Assembly (NCBI GenBank): GCA_016933315.1
Contig: JAFGBE010000096.1
Span: 1 to 37,105 of the forward strand
Length of the DNA: 37,105 nucleotides
Origin: Candidatus Auribacterota bacterium
GTDB taxonomy: Bacteria > Auribacterota > UBA6266
Direction of reading: 5' to 3'
Shown piece by piece: positions 1 through 11,985 of the stretch. A program made the position numbers and the translations under genes. Position 1 is the first letter of the stretch. The number at the start of each line of letters is the position of its first letter. The notes under the pieces are model-generated. The model was not told where the DNA came from, searched no databases, and saw only the letters and a list, made by a program, of their open reading frames with translations.

Positions 1-333
<333 letters not shown>

Positions 334-349
334 GGAAGAGGAGGCGGCC

Positions 350-3300
350 TTGACAGTTGAAACTGCGAAAAGTTTATTGGGGTTTGAAGTTAAAACACCC
401 TTTGACAAGGTTCAGATAAAAGTTGCTTCGCCTGAAGCTATCAGGTCGTGGTCTAAGGGAGAAGTTAAAAACCCTGAGACCATCAATTACAGAACTTTTA
501 AACCTGAGCGCGGCGGATTGTTCTGCGAAAGAATATTCGGACCGACACGCGACTGGGAATGTAACTGCGGAAAATACAAGAGAATAAAACATAAAGGCAT
601 TATCTGCGACCGTTGCGGAGTGGAGGTTACCCTTTCCAAAGTAAGGCGCGAGAGGATGGGCCATATAGAGCTTGCGGTGAATGTGTCCCATATATGGTTC
701 TTCAAAACGATGCCGAGCCGCATAGGAAACGTTCTCGGGCTTTCAACAAGGACACTCGAGAGAGTCTTATATTATGAAGATTATATAGTCCTGGATCCCG
801 GGGATACGCCTCTTGAGAAGAAACAGCTTTTAAGCGATGAAGCATACAGGGAAGCGCTTGACAAATACGGCAGGAATTTTGTTGCCAAAATGGGAGCGGA
901 AGCGATAAAAGAACTCCTGAGGATAGAGAACCTGGATGCCCTTTCGGACGACCTGCGTGAAAAGATGCACAAATCAAAATCCAAACAGGCCCAGAAAAAA
1001 TATTCCAAGAGATTGAAAGTCATCGAAGGTTTCAGAAAAGCGGGGATAAGGCCGGAATGGATGGTGCTTGATGTTATACCAGTGCTGCCGCCCGATTTAA
1101 GGCCCCTTGTCCCTCTCGACGGCGGAAGGTTCGCAACTTCAGACCTCAATGACCTGTACAGGAGAGTGATAAACCGTAATAACAGGCTTAAAAATATTCT
1201 TGAAATGAAAACCCCCGAAGTAATCGTGCGCAACGAAAAAAGGATGCTGCAGGAAGCAGTCGACGCGCTTTTCGATAACGGGCGCCACGGCCGTCCGGTT
1301 GTGGGCGCGGGGAACAGGCCGCTGAAATCGCTTAGCGATATGCTTAAAGGAAAACAGGGCAGGTTCAGACAGAACCTTCTCGGGAAAAGGGTGGATTATT
1401 CCGGGCGTTCGGTTATTGTTGTCGGGCCTGAACTTAAGCTTCACCAGTGCGGGCTGCCTAAAAAGATGGCTCTCGAACTTTTTGAACCGTTTATCATCAA
1501 GCGCCTGAAAGACATGGGCCATATCCACACTATCAAGAGCGGCAAGAAGATGATAGAGAGAGAAGCGCCGGAAGTGTGGGACATACTTGAAGACGTCACA
1601 AAAGACCATCCCGTGCTTTTAAACAGAGCGCCTACGCTCCACAGGCTCGGCATTCAGGCTTTCGAGCCCATATTGATAGAAGGCAAGGCGATCAGGATTC
1701 ACCCGCTGGTATGTACTGCGTTTAATGCGGACTTTGACGGAGACCAGATGGCGGTTCACGTGCCTCTATCGACCGAAGCCCAGCTTGAATCAAGGGTCCT
1801 GATGCTTGCGCCAAATAATATTTTCTCTCCTTCAAGCGGGAAACCGATAGCGACGCCCACCCAGGATATCACACTCGGGCTTTATTATATTACCTGCGAT
1901 CCTTTCAGGAAAGAAGACAGGAAACAGCACCTGATGAGTTCCGTCGAAGAAGTTATGATGGCGTTTGACCTGGGCATGATTAACATACATACGAGCATAA
2001 AGATATTTATCAGGGGCGAACTCAGGGATACTACCGTCGGGAGAGTGCTGTTCAATAACATTCTTCCGGACGAACTGGGATATGTTAACCAGGTTATCGA
2101 CAAGAAAAAGATAAGCAAGATTATCGACGAGTGCTATAAAATCGCCGGCCACCAGAAAACGGTGGAAACACTCGACAGGCTTAAAGACCTCGGTTTCTCG
2201 ATTGCCACAAAAGCGGGGATATCAATCGGAATGGTGGATATGAAAGTCCCTGAATCCAAGAAAAAAATCATCGAAGAAGCCCATGCTGAAGTGAAGGCTG
2301 TCGAAAAACAGCGGAAGAACGGGAGCATTACCGACGGCGAAAGATACAACAAGATCGTCGACATATGGACGCATGTAACCGACCAGATATCCGAGGATAT
2401 GTACAGGGGAATGAAAGAAAACGAGGGGAAAGAAGAGCTTAACCCCATTTATATTATGGTTGATTCCGGGGCCAGGGGCTCCAGGCAGCAGATAAGGCAG
2501 CTTGCGGGGATGAGAGGTCTTATGGCCAAACCGTCCGGAGAAATTATCGAAGAGCCGATTATTTCCAATTTCAGGGAAGGACTCTCCGTCCTTGAGTACT
2601 TTATTTCTACTCACGGGGCAAGAAAAGGCCTTGCCGATACCGCGCTCAAGACGGCGGATTCCGGGTATCTTACGAGAAGGCTCGTTGATGTTGCGCAGGA
2701 CGTAATAGTGACCGAAGACGATTGCGGGACGCTGAACGGGATATTGGTCAGGGCTATTTATGAAGGAGAAGACGAGATTGTTTCGCTGCAAGAGCAGATA
2801 AGCGGCCGCTTTGCCAATGAGGATATCATCGACCCGGCGAACTCGAAGCGCGTTATAGTTAAGGCCGGCGAGGAAGTGACGAACGAGAAAGCCGAAGAAA
2901 TTATCCGCGTCGGGATACAGCAGGTTAATATCCGCTCGGTCCTTACATGCGAGACGCGCGAAGGCATTTGCGTAAAATGCTACGGCAGGAACCTTGCAAA
3001 TCAGAAAAACGTCAAACTGGGCGAGTCAGTAGGCATCATCGCGGCTCAATCAATCGGCGAACCGGGAACACAGCTGACAATGAGAACCTTCCATATCGGC
3101 GGTACGGCCAGCCAGGTGTTCAAAAAGCCCGAAATAGTTTCGAAATTCAGCGGTGTTGTCAGGTACAACGATTTAAAAACAGTCAAGTTGCCCGACGGGA
3201 ATTTAATTGCCCTCAGCAAAAATGGGACAATAGGCATACATAATGATGAAGGAAGGGAACTTGACAAGCATACGATAGAGCTTGGCGCCGTTATAAGTAT

Positions 3301-4423
3301 TCCCGACGGCGGGAAAGTCAAAAAAGGCGAAAAGTTTGTCCAGTGGGACCCTTACAGCGCGCCTATTATCACGGAGTTTGCCGGCAAAGTCGAGTTTGTC
3401 GATATTATAGAAGGCCAGACTATGAAAAAAGAGCTGGATGAATCGACAGGCCTTACCGGAACGGTCATTATAGAGCACAGGGAGGAATTGCATCCGCAGA
3501 TACTTATCAGGGGTGCCGGCGCCGATGAGGTGAAAGGCTATTATTCGATCCCGGCCGGAGCTCATATAGTTGTAAAGAATAACGCGAAAGTCGTGGAAGG
3601 CACTCTCCTTGCGAAAACGCCCAGAAAATTTGCCAAAACCAAAGACATTACGGGAGGTCTTCCCAGGGTTGCTGAGTTGTTCGAGGCAAGAAGGCCCAAA
3701 GATGCCGCCGATATCGCCAAGATAGACGGTATCGTTGAGCTTGCCGGCACGGTAAAGGGAAGGCGTAAAGTTATTATAAGGGATGAAGTCACGGGTAATA
3801 CAGAAGAGCATCTTGTGCCTCTCGGCAAGCACCTTATGGTTTACAAGGGAGACAGAATCAAAAAAGGAGAGCAGTTGACCGACGGGCCCGTTATACCGCA
3901 GGAAATACTTCAGGTATGCGGGACAAAAGAACTGCAGGAATATCTTGTGAACCAGGTGCAGGAAGTTTACAGGCTCCAGGGTGTTGAGATTAATAATAAA
4001 CATATTGAGGTTATAGTAAGGCAGATGCTGAAGAAAGTTAAAATTGCGGATCCGGGCGACACCGATTTCCTCATAGGAGAACAGGTGGATAAGGTCAAGT
4101 TTGAGGAAGTTAATGCCGAGGTAAAAAGCAGAAAGATGCGGCCTGCTTCGGCTTCGCCGCTTCTGCTCGGAATAACCAAAGCTTCGCTGGGCACGGAAAG
4201 CTTCATTTCGGCTGCGTCTTTCCAGGAGACAACAAGGGTCCTTACGGATGCGGCGGCGAGCGGGAAGCTGGATGAACTGAGAGGATTTAAAGAAAACGTC
4301 ATTATGGGGCATCTTATACCCGCGGGAACAGGGTTTAAGACGTTTGCCTCGGTAGAGGTTGGGAAAACAGCTGAAGAAGGCGAATCGGAATTAGTAAGCG
4401 AAAGCAGCTCGGAAGAAAAGTAA
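350..4423 (+). CDS. rpoC: DNA-directed RNA polymerase subunit beta-prime
   Basis: 1357-1373 aa ORF with hallmark motifs: Zn-finger [23 protein letters not shown], catalytic [12 protein letters not shown], and the trigger-loop/bridge-helix region. Preferred start is TTG at 350, 6 nt after RBS GGAAGAGGAGG (334-344) and just past the rpoB stop. The in-frame ATG at 302 would overlap rpoB by 32 nt. Confidence 0.95.
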   Translation: MTVETAKSLLGFEVKTPFDKVQIKVASPEAIRSWSKGEVKNPETINYRTFKPERGGLFCERIFGPTRDWECNCGKYKRIKHKGIICDRCGVEVTLSKVRRERMGHIELAVNVSHIWFFKTMPSRIGNVLGLSTRTLERVLYYEDYIVLDPGDTPLEKKQLLSDEAYREALDKYGRNFVAKMGAEAIKELLRIENLDALSDDLREKMHKSKSKQAQKKYSKRLKVIEGFRKAGIRPEWMVLDVIPVLPPDLRPLVPLDGGRFATSDLNDLYRRVINRNNRLKNILEMKTPEVIVRNEKRMLQEAVDALFDNGRHGRPVVGAGNRPLKSLSDMLKGKQGRFRQNLLGKRVDYSGRSVIVVGPELKLHQCGLPKKMALELFEPFIIKRLKDMGHIHTIKSGKKMIEREAPEVWDILEDVTKDHPVLLNRAPTLHRLGIQAFEPILIEGKAIRIHPLVCTAFNADFDGDQMAVHVPLSTEAQLESRVLMLAPNNIFSPSSGKPIATPTQDITLGLYYITCDPFRKEDRKQHLMSSVEEVMMAFDLGMINIHTSIKIFIRGELRDTTVGRVLFNNILPDELGYVNQVIDKKKISKIIDECYKIAGHQKTVETLDRLKDLGFSIATKAGISIGMVDMKVPESKKKIIEEAHAEVKAVEKQRKNGSITDGERYNKIVDIWTHVTDQISEDMYRGMKENEGKEELNPIYIMVDSGARGSRQQIRQLAGMRGLMAKPSGEIIEEPIISNFREGLSVLEYFISTHGARKGLADTALKTADSGYLTRRLVDVAQDVIVTEDDCGTLNGILVRAIYEGEDEIVSLQEQISGRFANEDIIDPANSKRVIVKAGEEVTNEKAEEIIRVGIQQVNIRSVLTCETREGICVKCYGRNLANQKNVKLGESVGIIAAQSIGEPGTQLTMRTFHIGGTASQVFKKPEIVSKFSGVVRYNDLKTVKLPDGNLIALSKNGTIGIHNDEGRELDKHTIELGAVISIPDGGKVKKGEKFVQWDPYSAPIITEFAGKVEFVDIIEGQTMKKELDESTGLTGTVIIEHREELHPQILIRGAGADEVKGYYSIPAGAHIVVKNNAKVVEGTLLAKTPRKFAKTKDITGGLPRVAELFEARRPKDAADIAKIDGIVELAGTVKGRRKVIIRDEVTGNTEEHLVPLGKHLMVYKGDRIKKGEQLTDGPVIPQEILQVCGTKELQEYLVNQVQEVYRLQGVEINNKHIEVIVRQMLKKVKIADPGDTDFLIGEQVDKVKFEEVNAEVKSRKMRPASASPLLLGITKASLGTESFISAASFQETTRVLTDAAASGKLDELRGFKENVIMGHLIPAGTGFKTFASVEVGKTAEEGESELVSESSSEEK

Positions 4424-4434
4424 GGGAGAAATAG

Positions 4435-4806
4435 ATGCCTACGATTAATCAGTTGATAAGGAAAAGAAGAAACAAAGTGGTGAAAAAGAAAAAGACGCCT
4501 GCTCTTAACGGCTGTCCTTTTAAAAGGGGCGTTTGTCTCCAGGTAAAGACACAGACGCCGAAAAAACCTAACTCCGCGCTGAGGAAAATTGCCAGGGTGA
4601 GGCTGACAAACGGGATGGAAGTTACGGCTTATATTCCGGGCGTCGGGCATAACCTGCAGGAGCATTCGATTGTTCTGATCAGAGGAGGAAGGGTGAAAGA
4701 CCTTCCCGGTGTCAGATATCATATAGTGAGAGGCACGCTGGATACTCTCGGAGTTGAAGGCAGGAAACAGTCCCGGTCGAAATACGGGGCGAAAATGCCC
4801 AAGTAA
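4435..4806 (+). CDS. rpsL: 30S ribosomal protein S12
   Basis: [10 protein letters not shown]... [10 protein letters not shown] ... classic S12 sequence. RBS AGGGAG upstream; position after rpoC. Confidence 0.97.
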   Translation: MPTINQLIRKRRNKVVKKKKTPALNGCPFKRGVCLQVKTQTPKKPNSALRKIARVRLTNGMEVTAYIPGVGHNLQEHSIVLIRGGRVKDLPGVRYHIVRGTLDTLGVEGRKQSRSKYGAKMPK

Positions 4807-4866
4807 CTACGAAATACGAAAAAAGAAAGAAGTAAAAAGAGAACAGTAAAAATAGAGAGGTAAACA

Positions 4867-5340
4867 ATGGCAAGAAGGCGCAGGGCCACAAAAAGAATAA
4901 AAGCAAGGGACGAAAAGTTCAGCAGTGAGCTGGTAAGCCGCTTTATAAATTGTCTTATGCTGCAGGGAAAAAAGAGCATAGCTGAATCGGCTGTGTATGC
5001 CGCCATGGAAATCCTGAAAGAGAAAACAGGCTCAAAAGATTCTCTTGAAGCTTTAAAGAAGGCTATAGATAACGTTAAGCCTGTCCTTGAAGTCCGTTCA
5101 AGAAGGGTCGGAGGGGCAACTTACCAGGTACCCGTTGATGTCAGCCCTGACAGAAGGACAGCGCTTGCGTTCAGGTGGATTGTCGGCTTTGCCAGGTCCA
5201 AAAAAGGCGGGCCCATATCACAGAGACTGGCCGGCGAGCTTCTTGACGCGTTTAATAATACGGGTTCTTCCGTGAAGAAAAAGGAAGATACTCATAAGAT
5301 GGCGGAAGCAAACAAAGCGTTTGCGCATTACAAATGGTAA
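4867..5340 (+). CDS. rpsG: 30S ribosomal protein S7
   Basis: 157 aa. Has [19 protein letters not shown] and [14 protein letters not shown], typical S7. Synteny rpsL-rpsG-fusA. Confidence 0.97.
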   Translation: MARRRRATKRIKARDEKFSSELVSRFINCLMLQGKKSIAESAVYAAMEILKEKTGSKDSLEALKKAIDNVKPVLEVRSRRVGGATYQVPVDVSPDRRTALAFRWIVGFARSKKGGPISQRLAGELLDAFNNTGSSVKKKEDTHKMAEANKAFAHYKW

Positions 5341-5400
5341 AAACGGTTTTAAAAATTTAAAAAACGGTTTTTAATTTGATGGATACAGGGAGTTTTAATA

Positions 5401-7467
5401 GTGGCAAAGAAAGTACCATTGGAAAAATTGAGGAATATCGGCATCATGGCTCACATAGATGCCGGGAAAACGACTACGACCGAAAGGATACTGTTTTATA
5501 CCGGTAAAACTTATAAACTCGGCGAGGTCCATGAAGGCACTGCCACTATGGATTGGATGGAGCAGGAGCAGGAAAGAGGAATAACGATAACGTCGGCGGC
5601 GACCACAACTTATTGGAAAGAGAATCAGATTAATATTATTGATACTCCCGGTCACGTTGATTTTACCGTTGAAGTCGAAAGATCTTTGAGAGTTTTGGAT
5701 GGTGCTGTAGCTGTTTTTTGCGCTGTGGGCGGTGTTGAGCCCCAGTCGGAAACAGTATGGCGGCAGGCAAACAGGTATAATATACCGAGGATAGCCTTTG
5801 TCAACAAGATGGACCGGACCGGAGCCGATTTTTTCACCGCTGTCGCGCGTATGAGAGAACGACTTGGAGCCAATGCCGTCCCAATCCAGCTCCCCGTTGG
5901 AGCGGAAGACCAATTCAGGGGCATAATCGATTTGGTGATTATGAAGATGATAGTAAACAGGGAAGCTGACAAGGGAACGACGGTAGATATTGAGGAAATT
6001 CCCGAGGAGTATAAAAAGCAGGCGGAAGAATACAGGGAAAAGCTTTTTGAAGCGCTTGCTGACGAAGACGATATGATCTTTGAAAAATATGTGGAAGGAA
6101 AGCCCATAGAAGATAGGGAAGTAAAGGATGTCCTGAGAAAAGCAACCCTGGACAATCTCGTAGTCCCTGTTCTTTGCGGAGCCGCTTTTAAGAATAAAGG
6201 GGTTCAGAGGCTTATTGACGCGATAGTCGATTATCTTCCTTCCCCTCTGGATGTGCCGCCCGTAAAGGGGGAAAACCCCGAAACAGGGCAGGAAGAGATA
6301 AGAAAATCCGATAAAAACGAACCGTTTTCCGCTTTGGCGTTTAAAGTCGTGAGCGACCCTTATGTAGGCAAACTTACATACTTCAGGGTTTATTCAGGTT
6401 CCTTCAAGAAGGGATCTTACATTTATAATGTTTCGAACGGCAGGAAAGAAAGAGTGGGAAGGCTGCTTCATATGCACGCTAATGACAGAGAAGACATAGA
6501 CGAGGTGGTCGCGGGTGACATTGCCGCCGGAGTCGGGCTCAAGGAAACAGGAACGGGAGATACGCTTTCGAATGAGGAGCGCCCGATAATACTTGAATCC
6601 ATGGTGTTCCCTGAACCGGTTATTTCCATGGCGATAGAACCGAAAACGAAAGCGGACAGGGATAAGCTTCAGGTAGCCTTACAGCGGCTCCAGGAAGAAG
6701 ACCCGACTTTTAAGGTTAAGTCGGACCCTGACACCGGACAAACCATAATTTCAGGGATGGGAGAGCTTCATCTCGACATTATTAAAGACAGGATGCTCAG
6801 GGAATTCAAGGTTGACGCAAATGTCGGGAAGCCTCAGGTTGCATACAGGGAGACCATTCAGATTTCGCAGGAGGCAGAAGGTAAATTTATAAAGCAGTCG
6901 GGCGGAAGAGGCCAGTACGGCCATGCGGTAATAATTATTGAGCCTTTTAAACATGGGAAAGGAATTGAGTTTGAGGATAAAATTGTCGGCGGGACAATAC
7001 CGAGGGAATATATTCCCGCAGTTCATTCCGGAATAAAGGATGCTGCATTGACGGGAGTGCTCGGGGGATATCCGGTTGTGGATGTGAAAGTATCTCTTAT
7101 TGACGGGTCTTTCCACGAAGTTGACTCTTCGGAGCTGGCGTTTAAAATGGCAGGCTCAATCGCGTTTAAGGAAGCTATGAGGAGAGCCCAGCCGGTTTTG
7201 CTGGAGCCTGTGATGAAAGTTGAAGTTACGACTCCCGAGGAGTTCATGGGAGATGTTATAGGGGATTTGAATTCCAGGAGAGGCAAGGTCAAGGAAATGG
7301 AAACAAAAGGCAACGCCAAGATTATACTGGCCGATGTGCCTCTGGCTGAAATGTTCGGATATGCAACGGTAATAAGATCTATTACCAGGGGAAGGGCAAG
7401 TTATTCGATGGAACCGTCGCATTTTGAAAAGGTTCCCAAAAATATAGCAGAGAAAATTCTTGAGTAG
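5401..7467 (+). CDS. fusA: Translation elongation factor G
   Basis: GTG start after RBS AGGGAG. P-loop [21 protein letters not shown], full five-domain length of 688 aa. Confidence 0.97.
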   Translation: MAKKVPLEKLRNIGIMAHIDAGKTTTTERILFYTGKTYKLGEVHEGTATMDWMEQEQERGITITSAATTTYWKENQINIIDTPGHVDFTVEVERSLRVLDGAVAVFCAVGGVEPQSETVWRQANRYNIPRIAFVNKMDRTGADFFTAVARMRERLGANAVPIQLPVGAEDQFRGIIDLVIMKMIVNREADKGTTVDIEEIPEEYKKQAEEYREKLFEALADEDDMIFEKYVEGKPIEDREVKDVLRKATLDNLVVPVLCGAAFKNKGVQRLIDAIVDYLPSPLDVPPVKGENPETGQEEIRKSDKNEPFSALAFKVVSDPYVGKLTYFRVYSGSFKKGSYIYNVSNGRKERVGRLLHMHANDREDIDEVVAGDIAAGVGLKETGTGDTLSNEERPIILESMVFPEPVISMAIEPKTKADRDKLQVALQRLQEEDPTFKVKSDPDTGQTIISGMGELHLDIIKDRMLREFKVDANVGKPQVAYRETIQISQEAEGKFIKQSGGRGQYGHAVIIIEPFKHGKGIEFEDKIVGGTIPREYIPAVHSGIKDAALTGVLGGYPVVDVKVSLIDGSFHEVDSSELAFKMAGSIAFKEAMRRAQPVLLEPVMKVEVTTPEEFMGDVIGDLNSRRGKVKEMETKGNAKIILADVPLAEMFGYATVIRSITRGRASYSMEPSHFEKVPKNIAEKILE

Positions 7468-7478
7468 GAGGATTTGAG

Positions 7479-8702
7479 ATGGCAAAAGAGAAATTTGAGA
7501 GGACGAAACCGCACGTAAACGTAGGTACGATAGGGCACGTTGACCACGGTAAGACGACGTTGACGGCGGCATTGACGAAGGTGCTTGAGCAGAAAGGCCT
7601 GAGCAAATTTGTAAGTTATGATGAGATAGCGAAGGCATCGGAGTCGCAGGGCAGAAGAGATGCGACGAAGATCCTTACGATAGCGACATCGCACGTTGAA
7701 TATTCATCGGAGAAGAGACATTATGCCCACGTTGACTGTCCGGGGCATGCTGATTACGTAAAGAATATGATAACCGGGGCGGCCCAGATGGACGGGGCGA
7801 TACTGGTGGTCAGCGCGGTAGACGGACCTATGCCGCAGACAAGAGAGCACATACTTCTGGCGCGGCAGGTAGGCGTACCTTATATAGTAGTGTTTATGAA
7901 CAAATGCGACATGGTAGACGATCCTGAACTGCTTGACCTGGTAGAGCTTGAAGTAAGAGAGCTTTTAAACCAGTACGAGTTCCCTGGAGATAAGATACCT
8001 GTTATAAGGGGGAGCGCGACAAAAGCGATAGCTTCGCCGAATGCCGACAGTCCCGATGCGAAACCGATACTTGAGCTTGTAAAAGCGCTTGATGACTATA
8101 TACCTGAGCCTCAGAGGGAAATCGAGAAACCGTTCCTTATGCCGGTAGAAGACGTATTCTCCATAACGGGCAGAGGCACGGTTGGTACGGGCAGGGTAGA
8201 GAGAGGAAAAGTAAAGGTAGGCGACGAGATAGAAGTAGTAGGGATAAAACCCACGATGAAGACAGTGGTAACCGGGGTTGAGATGTTCCGCAAGGAACTT
8301 GACCAGGGCCAGGCCGGCGACAACGTAGGATTGCTGTTAAGAGGAGTAGACAAGGAGCATCTTGAGAGAGGACAGGTGCTTGCCAAGCCGGGATCGATAA
8401 CACCGCACAAGAAGTTCAAGGCTGAAGTATACGTTCTTACGAAAGATGAAGGAGGTCGGCACACGCCGTTCTTCGCGGGATACAGGCCTCAGTTCTACTT
8501 CCGTACGACAGATGTTACGGGTATAGTGAACGAGCTGATAGGCAAAGACGGGAACAAAGCCGAGATGTGCATGCCCGGAGACAACGTACAGATGCAGATA
8601 GATTTAATATGCCCGATAGCGATGGAGAAGACACTGCGCTTCGCTATAAGAGAAGGCGGAAGAACAGTAGGCGCCGGCAGAGTAACCGAGATTATCGAAT
8701 AA
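7479..8702 (+). CDS. tuf: Translation elongation factor Tu
   Basis: [18 protein letters not shown] and NKCD motifs; 407 aa; RBS AGGAGG. The switch-I region is non-canonical (see findings). Confidence 0.97.
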   Translation: MAKEKFERTKPHVNVGTIGHVDHGKTTLTAALTKVLEQKGLSKFVSYDEIAKASESQGRRDATKILTIATSHVEYSSEKRHYAHVDCPGHADYVKNMITGAAQMDGAILVVSAVDGPMPQTREHILLARQVGVPYIVVFMNKCDMVDDPELLDLVELEVRELLNQYEFPGDKIPVIRGSATKAIASPNADSPDAKPILELVKALDDYIPEPQREIEKPFLMPVEDVFSITGRGTVGTGRVERGKVKVGDEIEVVGIKPTMKTVVTGVEMFRKELDQGQAGDNVGLLLRGVDKEHLERGQVLAKPGSITPHKKFKAEVYVLTKDEGGRHTPFFAGYRPQFYFRTTDVTGIVNELIGKDGNKAEMCMPGDNVQMQIDLICPIAMEKTLRFAIREGGRTVGAGRVTEIIE

Positions 8703-8717
8703 GGGAGAAAACTTAAC

Positions 8718-9026
8718 GTGGAAGGACAAAGAATCAGAATTAAGTTAAAGGCGTATGACCATAAGGTCCTTGATCAATCTGCTCAGGAAATAGTTGAAGT
8801 GGCGAAAAGGACGGGGGCTTCCGTTTCGGGACCTATCCCTTTGCCCACTAAGATTGAAAAGTATACAGTGCTTCGTTCTCCGCACATCGACAAGAAATCG
8901 CGGGAACAGTTTGAGACAAGGACGCACCAGAGGCTTCTTGATATCGTTAACCCGAGCGCCAAGACGGTGGATGAGCTTAAAAAGCTGAACCTCCCGGCGG
9001 GCGTGGATATTAATATCAAGAGCTGA
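8718..9026 (+). CDS. rpsJ: 30S ribosomal protein S10
   Basis: GTG start after [22 protein letters not shown]...SGPIPLPT...[12 protein letters not shown] is canonical S10. Confidence 0.96.
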   Translation: MEGQRIRIKLKAYDHKVLDQSAQEIVEVAKRTGASVSGPIPLPTKIEKYTVLRSPHIDKKSREQFETRTHQRLLDIVNPSAKTVDELKKLNLPAGVDINIKS

Positions 9027-9068
9027 AAAAGTGCCGGAATAAATAAGTAAAAAGTTGGAGATATTACA

Positions 9069-9719
9069 ATGGATATTTCATTGTTTGGCAAGAAAATCGG
9101 AATGACACAGGTCTTTTCACCCAAGGGGGATGTTCTGCCCGTTACGGTTCTGGAGGTGGGGCCTTGTGTGGTTGTGCAGGTTAAAACGCCTGATAAAGAC
9201 AAGTATTCGGCTATCCAGATCGGATTCGGCAACGTCAAAGAAAAGCATATGACCAAGCCGTTGAACGGGCATTTTAAAAAGGCCGCTCTGGCGCTCAAGA
9301 AATTTTTGGGCGAGTGCAGGCTTCAGGATGGAGAGGAAAAGAATTTCCAAGTAGGGCAGGAAATAAAGGTGGACATTTTCAAGAAGGGCGACCACGTTGA
9401 TGTTACAGGCACTTCCGTCGGGAAAGGGTTTGCCGGAGTGATGAAAAGGCATAATTTCCACGGGCATAAGGGTTCTCACGGCACACATGAAAGCAAGAGG
9501 GGCCCGGGTTCCATAGGCGCGCACGCGACGCCTTCAAGAGTTTATAAAGGGAGAAAACTTGCCGGGCAGATGGGAAATACCAGGGTTACCATGTTAAACC
9601 TGGAAGTTGTTGATATCAAGCCCGAGCAGAATATCATGCTTGTGAAAGGCGCTGTTCCGGGGTGGGATAACGGCCTTGTTAGGATTAAAAAATCGGTAAA
9701 GGTTAAGAAAAAGCAGTAA
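9069..9719 (+). CDS. rplC: 50S ribosomal protein L3
   Basis: GKKIGMTQVF... VDVTGTSVGKGFAGVMKRHNF.G are L3 hallmarks. S10-operon order. Confidence 0.96.
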   Translation: MDISLFGKKIGMTQVFSPKGDVLPVTVLEVGPCVVVQVKTPDKDKYSAIQIGFGNVKEKHMTKPLNGHFKKAALALKKFLGECRLQDGEEKNFQVGQEIKVDIFKKGDHVDVTGTSVGKGFAGVMKRHNFHGHKGSHGTHESKRGPGSIGAHATPSRVYKGRKLAGQMGNTRVTMLNLEVVDIKPEQNIMLVKGAVPGWDNGLVRIKKSVKVKKKQ

Positions 9720-9749
9720 GCAATTAATTTTACAGACGAGGTTTTTTAA

Positions 9750-10373
9750 ATGGGAAAGATAGATATTTTAAGCGTTAAGGGTAAAAAAGTGGGTGATTTC
9801 AGTATTCCCGAGAAAATAGCGGGCTTCAAATGTTCAGGCCAGCTTGTCCATGATGCCGTGGTAAAGCAGCTTGCCGGCAGAAGAAGCGGCAACGCGTGCA
9901 CAAAGACCCGCGCGGAAGTCAACCGTTCGGGTATCAAACTGTACAGGCAGAAAGGTACGGGAAGGGCGAGAGCCGGAAATGCGGGTTCTCCTACAAGAGT
10001 GGGCGGCGGAGTCGCGTTTGGGCCCAAGCCGAGAAATTATTTTTTGAGAGTTAATAAAAAAGAGCAGCAGAAGGCGCTCAAGTCGGCTATTGCGGAAAAA
10101 TTTAAAAAGGGAAGTGTGATAATAGTCGAAAAAATAACCATATCCGCCCCTAAAACCAAAGAGATAAAGGTTTTCCTGGATAATATCAAGGCTGGCGAGA
10201 ATGCCCTGATAGTTTTGAAAGGACTGAACAATGAATTAAAAATGGCTGTGAGGAATATGCCGAGAGTGACGGCGGTTGATGCGAACAGCCTTAATACATA
10301 TGATGTGCTGTATTATAAGAAGCTTATTATCGATAAGGATGCCGTTGAGGAAATAGAAGGAAAGTTTAATTGA
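9750..10373 (+). CDS. rplD: 50S ribosomal protein L4
   Basis: RQKGTGRARAGN..SP...GGGVAFGPKPR motif; synteny. Confidence 0.95.
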   Translation: MGKIDILSVKGKKVGDFSIPEKIAGFKCSGQLVHDAVVKQLAGRRSGNACTKTRAEVNRSGIKLYRQKGTGRARAGNAGSPTRVGGGVAFGPKPRNYFLRVNKKEQQKALKSAIAEKFKKGSVIIVEKITISAPKTKEIKVFLDNIKAGENALIVLKGLNNELKMAVRNMPRVTAVDANSLNTYDVLYYKKLIIDKDAVEEIEGKFN

Positions 10374-10390
10374 TTTAAAAGAGGGTTGAG

Positions 10391-10669
10391 ATGAGAGATC
10401 CGTATAAGATTATAAAAAATCCTGTAATAACAGAAAAAGGTTCTGCCCAGGGAGAAAAGGGAAAATATTACTTTAGCGTCGAAAAAACTGCGAATAAACT
10501 TGAAATAAAACAGGCAGTCGAGAAGATGTTTAAGGTTAAAGTTACCGATGTAAACAAGATGAAGGTGCACGGCAAGAAAAAGAGAGTCAGGTACAAACAA
10601 GGTCTTACATCCGATTGGGTAAAAGCGATTGTTACTCTTAAGGAAGGCGACAAAATCGAATTTGTATAA
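10391..10669 (+). CDS. rplW: 50S ribosomal protein L23
   Basis: 92 aa. IKNPVITEK ... F.V...ANK.EIKQAVEKMF.VKV are typical L23. Sits between rplD and rplB. Confidence 0.95.
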   Translation: MRDPYKIIKNPVITEKGSAQGEKGKYYFSVEKTANKLEIKQAVEKMFKVKVTDVNKMKVHGKKKRVRYKQGLTSDWVKAIVTLKEGDKIEFV

Positions 10670-10691
10670 AGATTGATGAGGTGATAAAGAA

Positions 10692-11522
10692 ATGGCTATA
10701 AAGAAATTCAGACCGATTACGCCCGGAACAAGATTTATGACGGTTTCCTCTTCTGAGGATATAACGAAGAAAAAACCGGAAAGGAATCTTCTTTCGGCAA
10801 TAAAGAAAACCGGCGGCAGAAATAATGCGGGCTCTATCTCAGTGCGTCATCACGGCGGCGGGCACAAAAGGATGTACCGTTTCATTGACTTTAAAAGGGA
10901 TAAGGACGGGGTTCCTGCCAGGGTTGCTTCTATCGAGTATGACCCGAACAGATCTACAAGGATAGCATTGGTTGTCTATAAGGACGGGGAGAAAAGATAT
11001 ATTGTTGCCCCGAACGGGTTAAAAGTCAACGATGAAGTTATGTCGGGCCCCAATGCGGAAATCCAGATCGGCAATTGCCTGCCGCTGAAGGAAATCCCGC
11101 TTGGGATGAACATTCATAATATCGAGCTTAAGGAGCATTGCGGCGGCAAACTGGTTAGAAGCGCCGGCGGCAGCGCTGAATTGATGGCGAAAGAAAGCGG
11201 TTTTGCGCATATAAAACTTCCTTCGGGTGAAGTAAGGCTTATACCGCTCGGCTGCAGGGCCACCATCGGACAGCTCTCGAATCTTGAACATTCGAATTTA
11301 ACGATAGGCAAGGCCGGGCGTTCCAGATGGCTTGGAATTCGCCCTACCGTAAGAGGCGTTGCCATGAACCCTGTCGACCATCCGCACGGCGGAGGAGAGG
11401 GGAAAGCACCGCAGGGAAATCCTCATCCGGTAAGCCCGTGGGGAATGCCGACAAAAGGATATAAAACACGTTCTAAAAGAAAAGATTCCTGGTATATCGT
11501 AAAACCCAGGAAAAAGAAGTAA
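10692..11522 (+). CDS. rplB: 50S ribosomal protein L2
   Basis: [14 protein letters not shown] and [14 protein letters not shown] motifs; 276 aa. Confidence 0.97.
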   Translation: MAIKKFRPITPGTRFMTVSSSEDITKKKPERNLLSAIKKTGGRNNAGSISVRHHGGGHKRMYRFIDFKRDKDGVPARVASIEYDPNRSTRIALVVYKDGEKRYIVAPNGLKVNDEVMSGPNAEIQIGNCLPLKEIPLGMNIHNIELKEHCGGKLVRSAGGSAELMAKESGFAHIKLPSGEVRLIPLGCRATIGQLSNLEHSNLTIGKAGRSRWLGIRPTVRGVAMNPVDHPHGGGEGKAPQGNPHPVSPWGMPTKGYKTRSKRKDSWYIVKPRKKK

Positions 11523-11539
11523 AAATGGAGATTGGATAA

Positions 11540-11959
11540 ATGGCTAGATCGCTTAAAAAAGGACCTTATATTGAACAGAAATTGATGGATAAGGTTGTAA
11601 AGGCTAAGAAAACCGGTGACAGGAAGCCGATAAAAACATGGTCGAGAAGATCGGTAATAGCGCCTGATTTCGTCGGCGTCACGTTCTCCGTCCACAACGG
11701 CAAGAAATTCCTTCCGGTTTTTATTACGGAAAATATGGTCGGGCATAAACTCGGCGAGTTTGCTCCGACAAGGACGTTTAAGAAGCACGGCGGCGAGAAA
11801 GGTGCCTCTGAACTGAAGGAAGGAATGGCCCCTGTTGTGGCAGCCGGAGCGGCTCCGGCAGCGGGAGGCACTGCTCCGCAGGCGGCAGCTCCTGCGGCGG
11901 CTAAGGAAGCGGCGCCTGCTGCGGACGCCGGGCAGAAAGCGCAGAAAGCAAAGAAATAG
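11540..11959 (+). CDS. rpsS: 30S ribosomal protein S19 with an Ala/Pro-rich C-terminal extension
   Basis: N-terminal roughly 90 aa (SLKKGPY...[40 protein letters not shown]) is canonical S19. The ORF then continues for about 50 more low-complexity residues to 139 aa. Confidence 0.93.
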   Translation: MARSLKKGPYIEQKLMDKVVKAKKTGDRKPIKTWSRRSVIAPDFVGVTFSVHNGKKFLPVFITENMVGHKLGEFAPTRTFKKHGGEKGASELKEGMAPVVAAGAAPAAGGTAPQAAAPAAAKEAAPAADAGQKAQKAKK

Positions 11960-11985
11960 CCGGGAATAAAAGGGAGTTTTTATAA

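Noticed and set aside
3203-4312. 369-aa antisense ORF inside rpoC. Similar long antisense ORFs lie at 12163-12933 (inside rplV-rpsC), 18195-18812 (inside secY), 2222-2791 and 3967-4722.
   Set aside because: All lie opposite unambiguous, highly conserved genes. They have F/S/L/R/C-rich junk composition, no RBS and no recognisable motif. They are typical shadow ORFs.
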